Shown: positions 1 through 11,856, counted from the first letter of the stretch. The stretch: DNA of 64,000 bases from an uncultured Nitrososphaerales archaeon (GCA_963709405.1 CAVPXM010000030.1:32001-96000); one strand, 5' to 3'. The notes: generated by a model not told the origin, from the letters alone. A program made the numbers and translations.

Positions 1-328
1 TACTCATACAGGAGAGAAGCAGACTATTCAATGTTCTATCCTCTATATATTTATTGGCGCAGTTCCCCATACTGATGCCCTTGCTGATCTAATAGAGCGG
101 GATGCAAATGGCTTTATTTTAACCGGTCAGGATTTGATCCAAAATGGGCGTAAACGTCTTAAAGGCTGGACGCTGGATCGTCAACCACTTTTACTCGAGA
201 CAAATGTGCCTGGGATATTCGCTGCTGGAGACGTGCGTCATGGTTCTACGAAAAGAGTTGCTACGGGGGTAGGAGAAGGGTCTCTGGTTGTCCAGCTAAT
301 ACACCAATATTTAAAGAGTGTTAAATAA
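1..328 (+). CDS. Thioredoxin reductase-like FAD-dependent oxidoreductase, C-terminal part (runs off window start)
   Basis: LYIFIGA.P...GFILTG and ETNVPGIFAAGDVRHGSTKRVATGVGEG are C-terminal TrxB motifs. Confidence 0.85.
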   Translation, partial: THTGEKQTIQCSILYIFIGAVPHTDALADLIERDANGFILTGQDLIQNGRKRLKGWTLDRQPLLLETNVPGIFAAGDVRHGSTKRVATGVGEGSLVVQLIHQYLKSVK

Positions 329-402
329 ATGACAGTTATCTTTGCTAGCCGTACAAATAAAAATACTAATAACCAAGAAGTTAATAATAAGAATGAAATA
401 AC

Positions 403-1953
403 ATGACGATTAGCTCAAAGAGTGGCAATATCACTCATGATCAAGAGGCTCTTTTTCATCAAATACGGTTGTTTTCAGGGCTCTCTGATAAGGAGTTAAA
501 TTCGTTGGAAAAAGGAAAAGAGGAATGGTTTGAAAGAGGAGACAAAATAATTGCTGAAGGTGAAACTGACGCTTTTTATGTATTACTACAGGGGAAGGTG
601 CAGATCATATTAAAAGATGGACCCCAAGAAGCGGTACTCTCTACATATGATTCAGGTGACCATTTTGGAGAGCTTTTGATTATTCTTGGCGAACATCTCT
701 CAGATCATAAATGTGCTGCTATTGCTGCTGAGAGAAGCCATCTACTAAAATGGGATAAAGATGCATTCTGGCGAATGGTGTACAGTTCTCCTTCTTTGAC
801 TAGGCAAATTCTGCATTCAATGGCGCGCCTTCTTAAATCGTTGGAGACAGTATTAGAGCGCAATCAAAAACTCATAGCGCTAGGTAGCTTGGCTGCAGGT
901 CTTGCTCATGAGTTGAATAATCCTGCCGCAGCTGCCAATAGATCTGTCACACAATTGTCTGACTCTTTTTTAGAGTGGAGGTCTCTATTGCAGAGGTTAA
1001 ATAGTGAGGAAGGTATAACATCTGCACAATGGTCATATATTTCTAAATTGAGGGATGATATTCTTACGAACTCCACTAGATATCCTCTTAAGGGAGCTTC
1101 TGTTACTGGCGATCTTGGTACAAACGATCCTATAGCACAAAGCGAACAGGAGGAGCAGATCATAGACTGGCTTGAATCTCATGGTATTAGGGATGGATGG
1201 AAGCTGGCATCTGAATTGGTCAATGTAGGTGTCACTATAGATACCATAAGGGATATCGCTGGTACCATAAGGCCGCCGAAATCAATTACCGATAACAAAG
1301 GATCAGAACAAAACCTTAAGGATATTTTGGGTTGGCTTACTACTACTATAAGGGTAGATCATTTGCTTTATGAAATTAAGAGCAGCATTACGCGTATTAG
1401 CGATTTAGTCTCTGCGGTAAAATCATATTCATATGTGGATAAAACTCCTCTTCAGGATGTCGATATCCATAAAGGGATAGAGAGTGCATTGATTATTCTT
1501 CAGCATAAACTAAAGAAAGCAGATATAACTATATCTCGAGAATATGATTCTAATTTGCCGCATCTTAATGCTTATGGAAATGAGCTGATTCAAGTATGGA
1601 CTAATCTAATAGATAATGCTATTGATGGGATAGGCGAACACGGAGCTATTTCAATTCGTACCAAGAATGAGGCTAATGACCATATAGTTGTAGAAATAGC
1701 AGACAATGGAAGTAAAGGCATTCCGGAAGACATACAATCACGTATTTTTGAACCATTCTTTACAACTAAAGATCCAGGGAAAGGAACTGGTCTTGGATTG
1801 AGTATAAGTCACCGGATCATCACTGAAACGCACCGAGGAGACGTACGGGTATATTCTAGACCAGGAGAGACTCGTTTTCAGATTCGTCTACCTATTATTT
1901 ACAACGAAGGGGTCGAGAAAAGGTACTGGTCTTGGATTAAGCCATCGGATTAG
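403..1953 (+). CDS. Cyclic-nucleotide-binding domain sensor histidine kinase
   Basis: N-terminal cNMP domain (FYVLLQGKV...GDHFGE); H-box LAHELNNP; N-box NLIDNAID; F/G boxes [17 protein letters not shown]. Confidence 0.9.
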   Translation: MTISSKSGNITHDQEALFHQIRLFSGLSDKELNSLEKGKEEWFERGDKIIAEGETDAFYVLLQGKVQIILKDGPQEAVLSTYDSGDHFGELLIILGEHLSDHKCAAIAAERSHLLKWDKDAFWRMVYSSPSLTRQILHSMARLLKSLETVLERNQKLIALGSLAAGLAHELNNPAAAANRSVTQLSDSFLEWRSLLQRLNSEEGITSAQWSYISKLRDDILTNSTRYPLKGASVTGDLGTNDPIAQSEQEEQIIDWLESHGIRDGWKLASELVNVGVTIDTIRDIAGTIRPPKSITDNKGSEQNLKDILGWLTTTIRVDHLLYEIKSSITRISDLVSAVKSYSYVDKTPLQDVDIHKGIESALIILQHKLKKADITISREYDSNLPHLNAYGNELIQVWTNLIDNAIDGIGEHGAISIRTKNEANDHIVVEIADNGSKGIPEDIQSRIFEPFFTTKDPGKGTGLGLSISHRIITETHRGDVRVYSRPGETRFQIRLPIIYNEGVEKRYWSWIKPSD

Positions 1954-3245
1954 CAAGGAAAATCATAGAGGAATAGCTGCAGGCAGGACAATTTGAATGC
2001 CATATCTGATCCACAACCTGTATGGCCTAGTGTTATTCCTTCAATATATTTTGGCATGATTGATCAAATATATCCATTATTAGTAATCTAAACAATGGCA
2101 ACAGGTATGCTAGGGATTGTCATTGTCATCAGTTCTAGAGTAACAAGCATTTACTTGCATGATAATCATGAAATAACGAAGAGTAGTTTAGCATAGAGGA
2201 TATATTACTCAGCACCGACCCACCCACGACTCTAAATCAATATAGGGTCATGAGCTTTGATGTGATCTGCAAGAAGTAAGTATGGGCCTTCTGTGGGGGA
2301 TCTGAATACAGGCAACCCAGACACCAAACGCATGTATTTTTCATAGAAGGCTACCATCAGGGACTTTAGTATAATAGAGAACTGAACCTTCTATATCGAA
2401 AGCAGAAATATACAAGAAATCAAGAGACTTGAGATGAGTTTGGCTAGTGATAGGACCAGATCGCCTACCATCTCGTGAATCAGCACTTTATGTTGCAAAG
2501 ATGAATTATTACCCACATCATACATTTTACAACGCAACAGATAATGTGAAAAAAATTCGCCAATAAATTCTTTCCAATTCATGCAAGTTACGAAAATATG
2601 GATGTCTCCAATTTAATTTTATAAAAGCTTGGGGTTCTATTAACCCTAAAGATGTAATCCGTGATCACCAGAAATCTGCAGAAATAGAAAACCTGTTAAA
2701 TAAACTAAACAAGCACGATACTATCAACCTTGTTTAAAAATCTAAACTTGCTATAACGTTTGTAAGTATATCGCTAGTGTAGGAAAAGTTTTACGTATGT
2801 AAAACAGAGTGGGGCGACCAAGGTAAATCATTGGTTGGTTGGTCGTCCTACGAAGCATCTTGCCACAGCCTCTCTGTTGTCAATACTTTATAGTACATAT
2901 TAGCATAAAAGGTATGTATCAGTGATACTTGTGATAGATTCTAGCGATTTAATCGAAAAGCAAATTTCACAATTTCACATGAAGAGGACTGAAAGCGTCG
3001 ATTATTCTATGATAATTGACAGACTATAAGGTTGTACTCTAATTACATTTGAGATATTTCACTATTTGACGTTGGCTATATGTAACATCTAGGCCAGACC
3101 TAAATTTGAGAAGCAAACTTGAGATGTGATCTTCTAAATACTAATCAAATACCATACTTCACAACGGGAGAAGAATAGATAACACAACGGTCATGATATA
3201 TCTCTCAGAGATCAAATTATATAATGATGATAATTAACAAAAGTT

Positions 3246-3677
3246 GTGTTAGTAACCCCTCTAAGACCCCCTACAATTGAAGAAGTTAAGAAATTAGGCA
3301 CAACTGATAATGCTATAATGACCGCAGCGTCTTACTCTCTTAGAGCTAAAATGAGAAAATATATACAGATTGATCCGTATACTGTATCTGATCCATTTGG
3401 GGATAAAGATGATTTCGACTATTTTGTCGTCATAGATGGGGAAGTTCCCTCTAGGATAATTGCAATGAACATAAAGATCAAGGATCCAGCTTCTGAAATC
3501 CCTTGGAAGGAAATATTGAACGATCGGCTAGCTGTGCTTCAAATGTCTAAACCTGATGCTCTGCTACTAAAACGAGAGCTAATGCCGAAGGATACAAATA
3601 ATTTCTACCCATATAGGCGCTCCGGCAAGATTGTAGGATTCCTTATGTTCGCCTTTCAGATTTGCGGCCATAATTAA
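3246..3677 (+). CDS. Hypothetical protein
   Basis: 143-aa ORF with normal composition and a TATA-like TTATATAA about 25 nt upstream. Confidence 0.6.
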   Translation: MLVTPLRPPTIEEVKKLGTTDNAIMTAASYSLRAKMRKYIQIDPYTVSDPFGDKDDFDYFVVIDGEVPSRIIAMNIKIKDPASEIPWKEILNDRLAVLQMSKPDALLLKRELMPKDTNNFYPYRRSGKIVGFLMFAFQICGHN

Positions 3678-3732
3678 TATCATTTTTGTGGTTATTATTG
3701 ATCCGATACGATTGTACCGTAAAAAGATAGTG

Positions 3733-4413
3733 TTACATTATTGGCTCTTCAATTATTTTCAAGTTTCCATCAGATAGTATCTCAATCCTCATAATATTTA
3801 ATATCTTTTTGGCCATGTATTTTTCTTCTCTACTCATAATGGCTTTAGCAATTTTTAGCCTATACGCCGGAGCCCATTGTTGACCAATTTTATACTTGCC
3901 ACGGATTTCGTTTGGAAATATCTTGATCACAGCTACTTCACGTACCGTTTGCATTAAGGGAGTAAGTTCTTGATATTTCTCTCTATTTTGATATTTTTGC
4001 ATTAACATATTCAATGCTAGGGCCTTCTCTTCCCAGTCTTCGATTATATCGGCTTTGCCCTTTATAACTACACTGATATAAAGAGTATCTGCTTGTGAGG
4101 CATCATGAGGATGAAAATAATAAGAGGGCAAAAAACATATGTGCTGATCAACCTCAAATCCGACCTTGGGGTTTATTCTAATGTTATCCAGTTTTTCCCC
4201 GGTTCGATGAGAGTGCATATACACGGCATCCCCACTTATTATTTTGTTTGGATTAGTTGTTGGATCGTCAGCTTGTATATATACAAAATTCATAGGTATA
4301 ATTTGGGGATAGCCATTTCTATCGATTGAGGCTACTCTGCCAACAGGCTGCTTGTTGAGAAATTCAATGATTTTCTCCCGGGATTTTATTTCTAGCTTTT
4401 TTACAAGCTGCAT
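3733..4413 (-). CDS. Pyridoxamine 5'-phosphate oxidase-like (NimA family) flavin-binding protein
   Basis: VGRVASID..GYPQIIPMNF, H...GEKLDNIRINPKVGFEV, Y.SVVIKGKA motifs. Confidence 0.85.
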   Translation of the reverse strand: MQLVKKLEIKSREKIIEFLNKQPVGRVASIDRNGYPQIIPMNFVYIQADDPTTNPNKIISGDAVYMHSHRTGEKLDNIRINPKVGFEVDQHICFLPSYYFHPHDASQADTLYISVVIKGKADIIEDWEEKALALNMLMQKYQNREKYQELTPLMQTVREVAVIKIFPNEIRGKYKIGQQWAPAYRLKIAKAIMSREEKYMAKKILNIMRIEILSDGNLKIIEEPIM

Positions 4414-4980
4414 ACGTTGAAACTTTCATGAAGCGTAAATAAAGTTATTGTGAACATAAGGATATACTAAAATTATACTAAATCTGTCAAATAATCGGGA
4501 AATTAATCAGATAGTGGTATGGTAATTATTCCTTCTTAATTGTGACCACTATATTCACATTTGGTATCAACATATGTGATAATGGGGGTATCAATATAGT
4601 ATATGAACTAACGAAGCAAGTGACAAAGATTCATAATTAGAGTTAAAACCAACGAATTGTGATTTCAAATCTGACGTAGCATCACTACTTGCTTTAGGCT
4701 TGAGTTGCATGTGAGAGATTGTGTAGTTACAGACAATTCTAGTTTATTATTAATTATCGTTATAGTGAATTTACATAGGGATAATGCAATTAATATGAAA
4801 TATCAATTCAGCTGACTCTCATCTATTAAAGGGATTCTGATGATGCGCATAGCAGTTAGTTTACCCTAAGACGATGGAAGTGCAAAATCTAAATACAAAT
4901 TCGAATTCATTGAGTAATCATGGGAATTAAAGCCTCTAAAAACGTCTTCAAAAAAAGGGATTTAGGCCTTTAGAAGGTTC

Positions 4981-5274
4981 TTAACCCTCTTCCCAGCCCT
5001 TGACAAATACTGCATTCTTCTTCAATGGAATTGGCTGTCCTGGTGTATAGTCCATTGGCCTCATCCAAAATATTGCCTTTGTTGGACACACTCCGATGCA
5101 GGCACCATCAGATATACACCTCTCTGGATAAAACACAAAGGCTTTACCTCTCTTCCATCCTTCGACAGGTTTTACTCTAAGAACATCTGGACCAAGAGCG
5201 GTGCAAATCTCTACGCAGAGAGCACAGCCTATACAGTGTTGTTCGCTAATATCTGGAATTATTGCGACTGGCAT
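4981..5274 (-). CDS. 4Fe-4S dicluster-type ferredoxin
   Basis: CIGCALCVEIC and CISDGACIGVCP motifs; TATA (TTTAAATA) upstream and a T-run downstream. Confidence 0.9.
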   Translation of the reverse strand: MPVAIIPDISEQHCIGCALCVEICTALGPDVLRVKPVEGWKRGKAFVFYPERCISDGACIGVCPTKAIFWMRPMDYTPGQPIPLKKNAVFVKGWEEG

Positions 5275-5602
5275 CTTTTTTCACTTAATGTCGTTTCATA
5301 TCGAAAGTATTTAAACCCTATGCCATTTGTATAACACTGATATAATGGTAACTATTGCATTTTAATTTCTGCCTTTGACAGCGATAATCGGATTGTTGAA
5401 CACATGAGACATCTAATTTTGGTACGCGAAATTCACTTTATAGGCTCGTATAAAAGTCCTAGCCGAAAATGTAGATAAAAATAGGCAAGTGATTACGGTT
5501 GCCGTATGATAAGATTCAAAGTACCATGAGTGAATGACGAAGGTAAGAGGACTGACCGAATATAAAATCTAGACGAAATCCTGACAAGCTTTAATAGAAT
5601 CC

Positions 5603-6890
5603 GTGACAAGCAAATCTATGCGGAATTATTCCAATTTATCTACAATGAATTTTGAAATCTCAAGGAAACAAGAACATTTCTTAAAAAAAGTTGATGATAT
5701 TTGTAAATTAATTCGTCCATACGAAGAAGAATGTTACTTGAAAGAAAGGTTTAACAAGAGAATAATTTCCGAATTCAGTAAAATTGGAATGCTGGGATGT
5801 CCTATATCTAAAAAATATGGTGGGCTCGGATATGATATTCTAACTTATGCCCTCGCAATAGAAAGATTAGGCGAGGAAGGCAATTCATTGAGGACTTTTT
5901 TTTCAGCGCATATCTCGATTGGTCAAATGGTTCTTGAAGGATGGGGGAATCAAGAACAGCAAAAGAGATATCTGCCTTACACTTCTACAGGCAAAAGCAT
6001 TATGGCATTTGCACTGACAGAGCCTACTGCAGGAAGTGACCCATCTTCTCTTGCTACCACATATGAAGATAGGGGAGACCATTTTGTCATAAATGGAAAG
6101 AAACACTGGATTGGGAATGGCACTATCGCCGACCTCATGACTACTTATGCAAAGGAAAGTGGAAGTATTAACAGTAACAAGAATATATCAGCATTCATCA
6201 TTGATACTGATTCTCAGGGTATATACATAAAGGAAATGAAAAACAAGATTGGCATGTTAACCGTGAAAAATGCGGAAATCTCTTTTCATAATTGCATTGT
6301 CCCAAAAAAGAATTTACTTGGCCAAAAAGGCCAGGGTCTGAATATTGCATACAGTGCACTTATCGATGGACGGCTTAGCGTCGCAGCTGGTGCAATAGGT
6401 GTCATGGTAGACTGTTTACATGAGTCCACCTCCCATGCCAAATCTCGAGTTCAACATGGTTCATTTTTGGCAAAAAAGCAATTAATCCAACGACATATCG
6501 CGAAAATAATATTGAACATAGAAAGTTCTCGGTGGTTGGTATATCGTGCTCGCATTTATCAGGCAAAAACTTCACAATTACGTAGAGGAGCTGAAGACGA
6601 AAGATGACCATTGGCAACTCAAATTGACTAGAAATAATAAAGAATATTCAGTATTGAGGGCTGAAGCTGATAATCTGTCGGCAATAGCAAAATTTTCTGC
6701 AAGTAACGCTGCTTTTGATACATCAAACATAGCTGTTCAAATATTCGGATCCTTCGCTTATAGAAAAACAAACAGAGTAGCACGACATTTCTTGGACTCA
6801 AGAGCAATTACAGTGTATGAAGGTGCAAATGAGGTTCTAGAGCTTAAAATAGCCTCTCACGTTTTGGGAGAAAGATACCGAGCATATTAG
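5603..6890 (+). CDS. Acyl-CoA dehydrogenase, split by a +1 frameshift near 6551 (probably a sequencing error)
   Basis: FALTEPTAGSD, NGKKHWIGNG and GRLSVAAGAIG in ORF 5603-6607; AKFSAS...VYEGANEV in ORF 6546-6890. Confidence 0.88.
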
Positions 6891-7143
6891 CCCCGGTTTC
6901 TGGGCCTTAACCATAGTTATCGGACAGGTCTTTGTTACCAATCAGATCCAGAATCGAATTATGAATCTACGCGGATAAAAATCATCCTTAATGTTCATTT
7001 ACAGTCGTCTCTGACTTAAGGTTTATCAGCACTCCCTTTCACTATCTATTATATCGAATGGTCTACAAGTCTACATGAAAGAATAAATTTCTCTGTGATA
7101 ACGAGAACAAGGGAGACAAGATTCTAGGTTTAGAAATTCTGAT

Positions 7144-7165
7144 TTTTGTGCCAGTTTTGTGCCAG
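7144..7165. repeat. 11-bp tandem direct repeat TTTTGTGCCAG x2
   Basis: Read directly in intergenic sequence. Confidence 0.8.
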
Positions 7166-7712
7166 CTCCCAACTAATAGTTATCATAGCCAGTGATCACA
7201 TACTGGGCACTTTTTATTCCAAACTATTCTTATCCTGTCTTGAAAACTCCAAAATAGTACTCCCTCGTGAATTAATTCGAATATTGCGAACGAATTACAA
7301 CTAATATGATGGATATATCAGATTGCCTAACTAGATGGAACCTCTTCAGACTAAAATTTTTGCAGTCAGCTATTATTCCTATTACCAAGTCTTGCATTCC
7401 GCCTCCATTTGATACGTTGAAGCTTTGAATTGTATTTGAATCAGGTTGACTTTCCATTTCTGCACAAATTTCAATGATCCTTCATCGTGTTCTCCAAAAT
7501 CTATACAATAATAATATTAGTTTTCTGATAATTATCGTAAAATTGCTCACCTACTTTGAATTTGACCATTTGAGAATGCAGACATCTTGAGGTATAGTTT
7601 TAGCGCTAAGAGGAGAGGTTACAAGGATAACCCAGAATACTTGATGGGTAAGAGAAAATGCACTAGTATTTATTATTGTATTGAGCTTAATAAGATGATA
7701 ACAAATCTCGAC

Positions 7713-7991
7713 ATGAGGTATCGAACAAGGACTGAAATTATTGCAAGGATATTGGAGGTTGCTAACGAGGGTACAGTACTTAAAACCAAGATAATGTATG
7801 GTGCATTTTTATCTCATCAACAGCTTAAAGAATATCTCTCTCTTCTATTGGAAAGAGAACTGATACAATATTCCAAAATTGGGCAAACTTATAGAACAAC
7901 AGATAAGGGAGTGCACTTTCTACAAATATATACCACTTTGAATAATATGATCGACAAGAAGAAAAAATCAAATAATAAGAATATTACTTGA
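7713..7991 (+). CDS. Winged helix-turn-helix transcription regulator (ArnR1-like/HTH_45 family)
   Basis: MRYRTRTEII..ILE...KTKIMYGAFLS..QLKEYL...YRTTDKG; likely start is the ATG at 7713 inside ORF 7587-7991. Confidence 0.85.
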   Translation: MRYRTRTEIIARILEVANEGTVLKTKIMYGAFLSHQQLKEYLSLLLERELIQYSKIGQTYRTTDKGVHFLQIYTTLNNMIDKKKKSNNKNIT

Positions 7992-8749
7992 TTACAGTGG
8001 CTTGGCTATCCATTTGAATTTGTATTAATCTACAATGTTGTCTAGAAGCAAAGGCGGGTACTCGGCAAGAAATAAGCCATTCAATTTTGATAGAATTTCT
8101 TCACAAGGGTGATCAACTTATGGATATCTTTTCAAACCACAATGCAATTCCTACGAGAATAATTGAGGGTTCATCATCTTGTGCATTATAATGATCACCG
8201 GTCTATGCAGGGTGTATAACAGGCTTTACTTATTCCAGTAACGCATTTACTTGATAATCTACTATATATTATTTGTTCTTGTGTTCTCATATAACATACC
8301 TATTAACTTTTTATCCATAGACGTCAGTAATTAATACATTGTTGCAGATTATTGTTACCATTTATGAGGTAGCAAATTTTGCACTCGTTTTAGTGCTTGG
8401 CCAAATTAGTATTTTTCGGTAAAAAAATGACAGTCTTAAACGAGCTCGTTAATGATTGATGCAATTGCTTAATGATACCAATATCCGTAGTAGTTATCGA
8501 ACGCAGAATTAACGGATTTGCTGCTGGCATTGTGGTCTATCTATATAGGAATATACTATTCATATTACTAGATCATCTATCTGTTTTTAATATACTATTA
8601 GTTTACTAATAAACGTATTAAAACTTATTATACAAAATTATCAAATTTCGAGTATATATTAATTAGCATAACCGAAATCGTCTACAGAATAATCAATTAC
8701 TTGATTTATTTATTGAATAATACGTCGAGGTTTAATTTTCTGCTAGACT

Positions 8750-8770
8750 CCCTTGACAACCTGTCAAGGG
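8750..8770. promoter_or_regulatory. Perfect inverted repeat CCCTTGACA-ACC-TGTCAAGGG, candidate operator
   Basis: 9-bp arms with a 3-nt spacer, in AT-rich intergenic DNA about 120 bp upstream of a Cys-rich ORF. Confidence 0.45.
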
Positions 8771-8892
8771 TTGTTAATTCAATCTATTACTCTAAAATAA
8801 GCTCGATTCTATATTATAGAAGCAATTAATTCGCGAAATGCATAGAATTTAGCTTCGAAATATGGATATATGAACGGCTAATATTAAATGAT

Positions 8893-9123
8893 GTGTTAAT
8901 AGAAAAGAATTTAGAATCATGTAGGTGTACAGAGTGCTGGAACAAAGACCAGGATGAGTATGGTCGATTCTCATGTCCAAAATGTTGTTCCGAATGCCTA
9001 AGTGTTGAAAGGTATCGAATTGACAATAATCGAGCAATTCAGATTGTCGTATGCCATGGCTGCAATTTTAAATGGAAAGATGTTTGGGGTATACCAGTGC
9101 CGTGTATAGCATTAAAACCATAA
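8893..9123 (+). CDS. Small Cys-rich (multi-CxxC, zinc-ribbon-like) protein
   Basis: CTEC, CPKC, CSEC and CHGC motifs in 76 aa. Confidence 0.6.
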   Translation: MLIEKNLESCRCTECWNKDQDEYGRFSCPKCCSECLSVERYRIDNNRAIQIVVCHGCNFKWKDVWGIPVPCIALKP

Positions 9124-9599
9124 GAGTCTGTGAGTTTTATCTGTTCAAATCCTCTCATTCTTGATTGACCAACAGTGTTATCCATCGAAACCACTTTTAC
9201 TATAAAAACGAGCTACGGGGAGAGATGTGGACAGGACGTTAAGTGGATTATGGCTCTGCCTGGTTATTTTAACCCCACATTATTTCATCTTCACAAAATT
9301 TGGTAACAAGAAAAAATAGATCCGATTTTTAAATCAGGTGGCCAAAGCATCTATTAAGGAATTGGGAATAGTACCTGCAGAGTAATCATCCAGGGGGACT
9401 CTGAATTGTAAATATTCAGTTCCTTGTCTCAGCAATAATTCAAATATAGTATGAAGATGACCTGTTAGGCTTTTACTAATGTCATTGCTAGTCTACATAA
9501 GGTTACAGGTAACGACGTGTATCTCAATACATTTCTCAATTGAAGTTGATACGGATTCTAGATCTCCAGTTCTGGGGCTTTGTTCTGTAATGAAAGCCC

Positions 9600-9785
9600 C
9601 TAAACTCCTGTCTTTTTCTTCCTTTCCCCTCTTCCAGAATGAGCCTTCTTAGAATGTATTTTGAATCTCTCCTTATTTTCAAATTGCATGCCACATTGCT
9701 TGCATTTGACAGGTTTACCTTTAAGTTCAGTTTCTTGATCGTTATGTTCGTGTTTATCATCTTGTTTACGGTTAAATAGACGCAT
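9600..9785 (-). CDS. Small C2H2 zinc-finger protein
   Basis: CKQCGMQF......KIHSKKAH. Confidence 0.75.
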   Translation of the reverse strand: MRLFNRKQDDKHEHNDQETELKGKPVKCKQCGMQFENKERFKIHSKKAHSGRGERKKKTGV

Positions 9786-10014
9786 GATTGTTAATCTGTC
9801 TATATGAAAGCTTATTAATGCTACGTTAATTTTTTTCGGTGGCTAAAGACTTTAAGGAGTTATTATATCAATGATGAGAAGTTTTTATTTTCAGCTATCT
9901 TCCACAGTTTCGTAGTTAAAACCCGATTTGTACTATTGTATATAATATAATCGTACTAGTGACTCGAGTTGCTGACTTTGTGTGAATTCCTGCTGTTCGC
10001 TCTCCTAGAATCAG

Positions 10015-10848
10015 TTAATGTTCATGACTTTGGTTCAACCCCCATTTTTCTCTTACTCTGTCCTCCAACTTAGAAAATACGACTCTGTCAAATATTAACC
10101 CGATAGCAAATATCGTAATCATCGAAGCAATTATTTGGTCCATTAGCTGAAATTCTCGGCCAACTAGAAGTATGTGGCCTAAACCTACGACTGCTCCTAT
10201 AAGTATTTCAGCTCCTATTAATGCGTGCCACGCGAAAGACCAAGCTTGTTTTATACCGATGAGCAAAGAAGGTGTAGCTGCCGGTATCATGAGATATCGG
10301 AAAAGTGAAAATCCCTTTGCCCCCATATTCCTTGCAGCACGAATGTAAATAGGCGGTATATTACGTACTCCACTATAGGTTGACATCATTACGGAAAAGA
10401 CTGAACTCATTATAACAACAAATAATATGCCGAAGTCATTTAAGCCGATTAATAGGATTGCAAATGGTACCCATGCTACACTCGGAAACGATTGCAGCCC
10501 TACTGCAAAGGAACTCATAGTTTTTCCAAAGCCTGAGAATTTTACCATGGCCAATCCAATTCCTATGCCAAAGATTATTGATATGGAAAACCCAATGCTA
10601 AGCCTATACATGGTAACTGCAATGCTGCTTATCAGAGTCATATCTTGAATTAGCTCTTCAAACGAGCCTGAAACCATAGCTGGAGACGGTAATGCCACCC
10701 GTGGCCACACGTTCAGTAAGAATACTATCTGCCATATTCCAAGGAATGTAGCTATAAACAGAGTAACATTAGCTACATTATCCAAATCTATGTTTCTTAA
10801 TGCCCTTCTTTGAGAGGCATTTTTTCCTAGTCCTGTTTCCATATACAT
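10015..10848 (-). CDS. ABC transporter permease, NitT/TauT (SsuC-like) family
   Basis: LPSP, QSFPSVAWVP, EAA-like loop IRAARNMGA, and LIGAE...GLG motifs. Confidence 0.9.
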   Translation of the reverse strand: MYMETGLGKNASQRRALRNIDLDNVANVTLFIATFLGIWQIVFLLNVWPRVALPSPAMVSGSFEELIQDMTLISSIAVTMYRLSIGFSISIIFGIGIGLAMVKFSGFGKTMSSFAVGLQSFPSVAWVPFAILLIGLNDFGILFVVIMSSVFSVMMSTYSGVRNIPPIYIRAARNMGAKGFSLFRYLMIPAATPSLLIGIKQAWSFAWHALIGAEILIGAVVGLGHILLVGREFQLMDQIIASMITIFAIGLIFDRVVFSKLEDRVREKWGLNQSHEH

Positions 10849-11367
10849 CAGGTACCAGAATCAGAGTACATTTTAGATTCAATAAGAAATCTTTTTTTCT
10901 GTATCTTACTAAGTGACAATTGTCTCTTCCTCACTGGATGCAGCACGTATGCCATGCTGCAGACCTACTCATACTGTTTGTGTTATTCATGCGCATCACT
11001 TCTGTAAAACGCTTAATCTCAGCTATATCCTAGATGAATATTACTGCTTAGGTATGTGCAAAAATGCACAGGTTAACGCAAAATATTCACATATCGTAAT
11101 CATCACCAATTATTCTGCATCTTTTCTCAAATATAGATAAGAAGAATAGATATAACAATGCGTAATAATGGTCAGGCAATATTTTTCCAAGCCTATTATA
11201 GTGTTTCCGATAAACAATCCACAATAAATTCTAAATTTGCTCACGAAAATGCACGTGTATTCTAAAGACCTGCCTGTCGTGTTTTGTATTTAGCCATCCA
11301 TTATTTACCTTATAAGGATTATTCGAGATTGCGTGGATCGTTTCTACGTTAAATTACACTATGCCAT

Positions 11368-11400
11368 ATCCAAGGCGGGTTTCCCGTGTTCCGCCTAGTC
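11368..11400. repeat. Free-standing GC-rich hairpin AGGCGGG-TTTCCCGTGT-TCCGCCT(AGTC), related to CRISPR spacers 2 and 3
   Basis: Reverse complement GACTAGGCGGAACACGGGAAACCCGCCTTGGAT aligns with spacer 3 GACTAGGCGGTGCACGCCAATCCCCGCCTAGAT. Confidence 0.65.
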
Positions 11401-11856
11401 TATATCAACATATCTGTTTGGAATTTGAGTTCAAACCTAGCATAAATCTAATCATTTGCTATTTTATAAAAGACGATTCTGGGAATAATGCAGATAAAAA
11501 GTAATTGTAAATACACTTCGGCTTAGTCTCAGTCCTCATGAGAGAATCAATCATCGTGTTACGCACAAAAACAAGATCAATAAAGATGGATGTCAACTCT
11601 AAATGAAAAACTATAATGACCTAAAATTCTATGATAGAGATTGATCTATGAATAGGCTAAATTACCTATCAGGATCTTTCAATTTGGTTCTGCATTTATA
11701 TGGGTTTGAAGCGCAAGGCGATATTTATGCTATTCCAAGACGATGACCTGTTTGAAAGATGATAATAACAATAAAACAATAATTTGTTATCGGATATTGT
11801 TATTTAGAGAAGTAGCATATGTATTTTTAAGATGGTATTAAGTAAGTAAGTAAAGC

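Noticed and set aside
1960-2700. Possible pseudogene fragments downstream of the histidine kinase
   Set aside because: No recognisable motif could be reconstructed in any frame.
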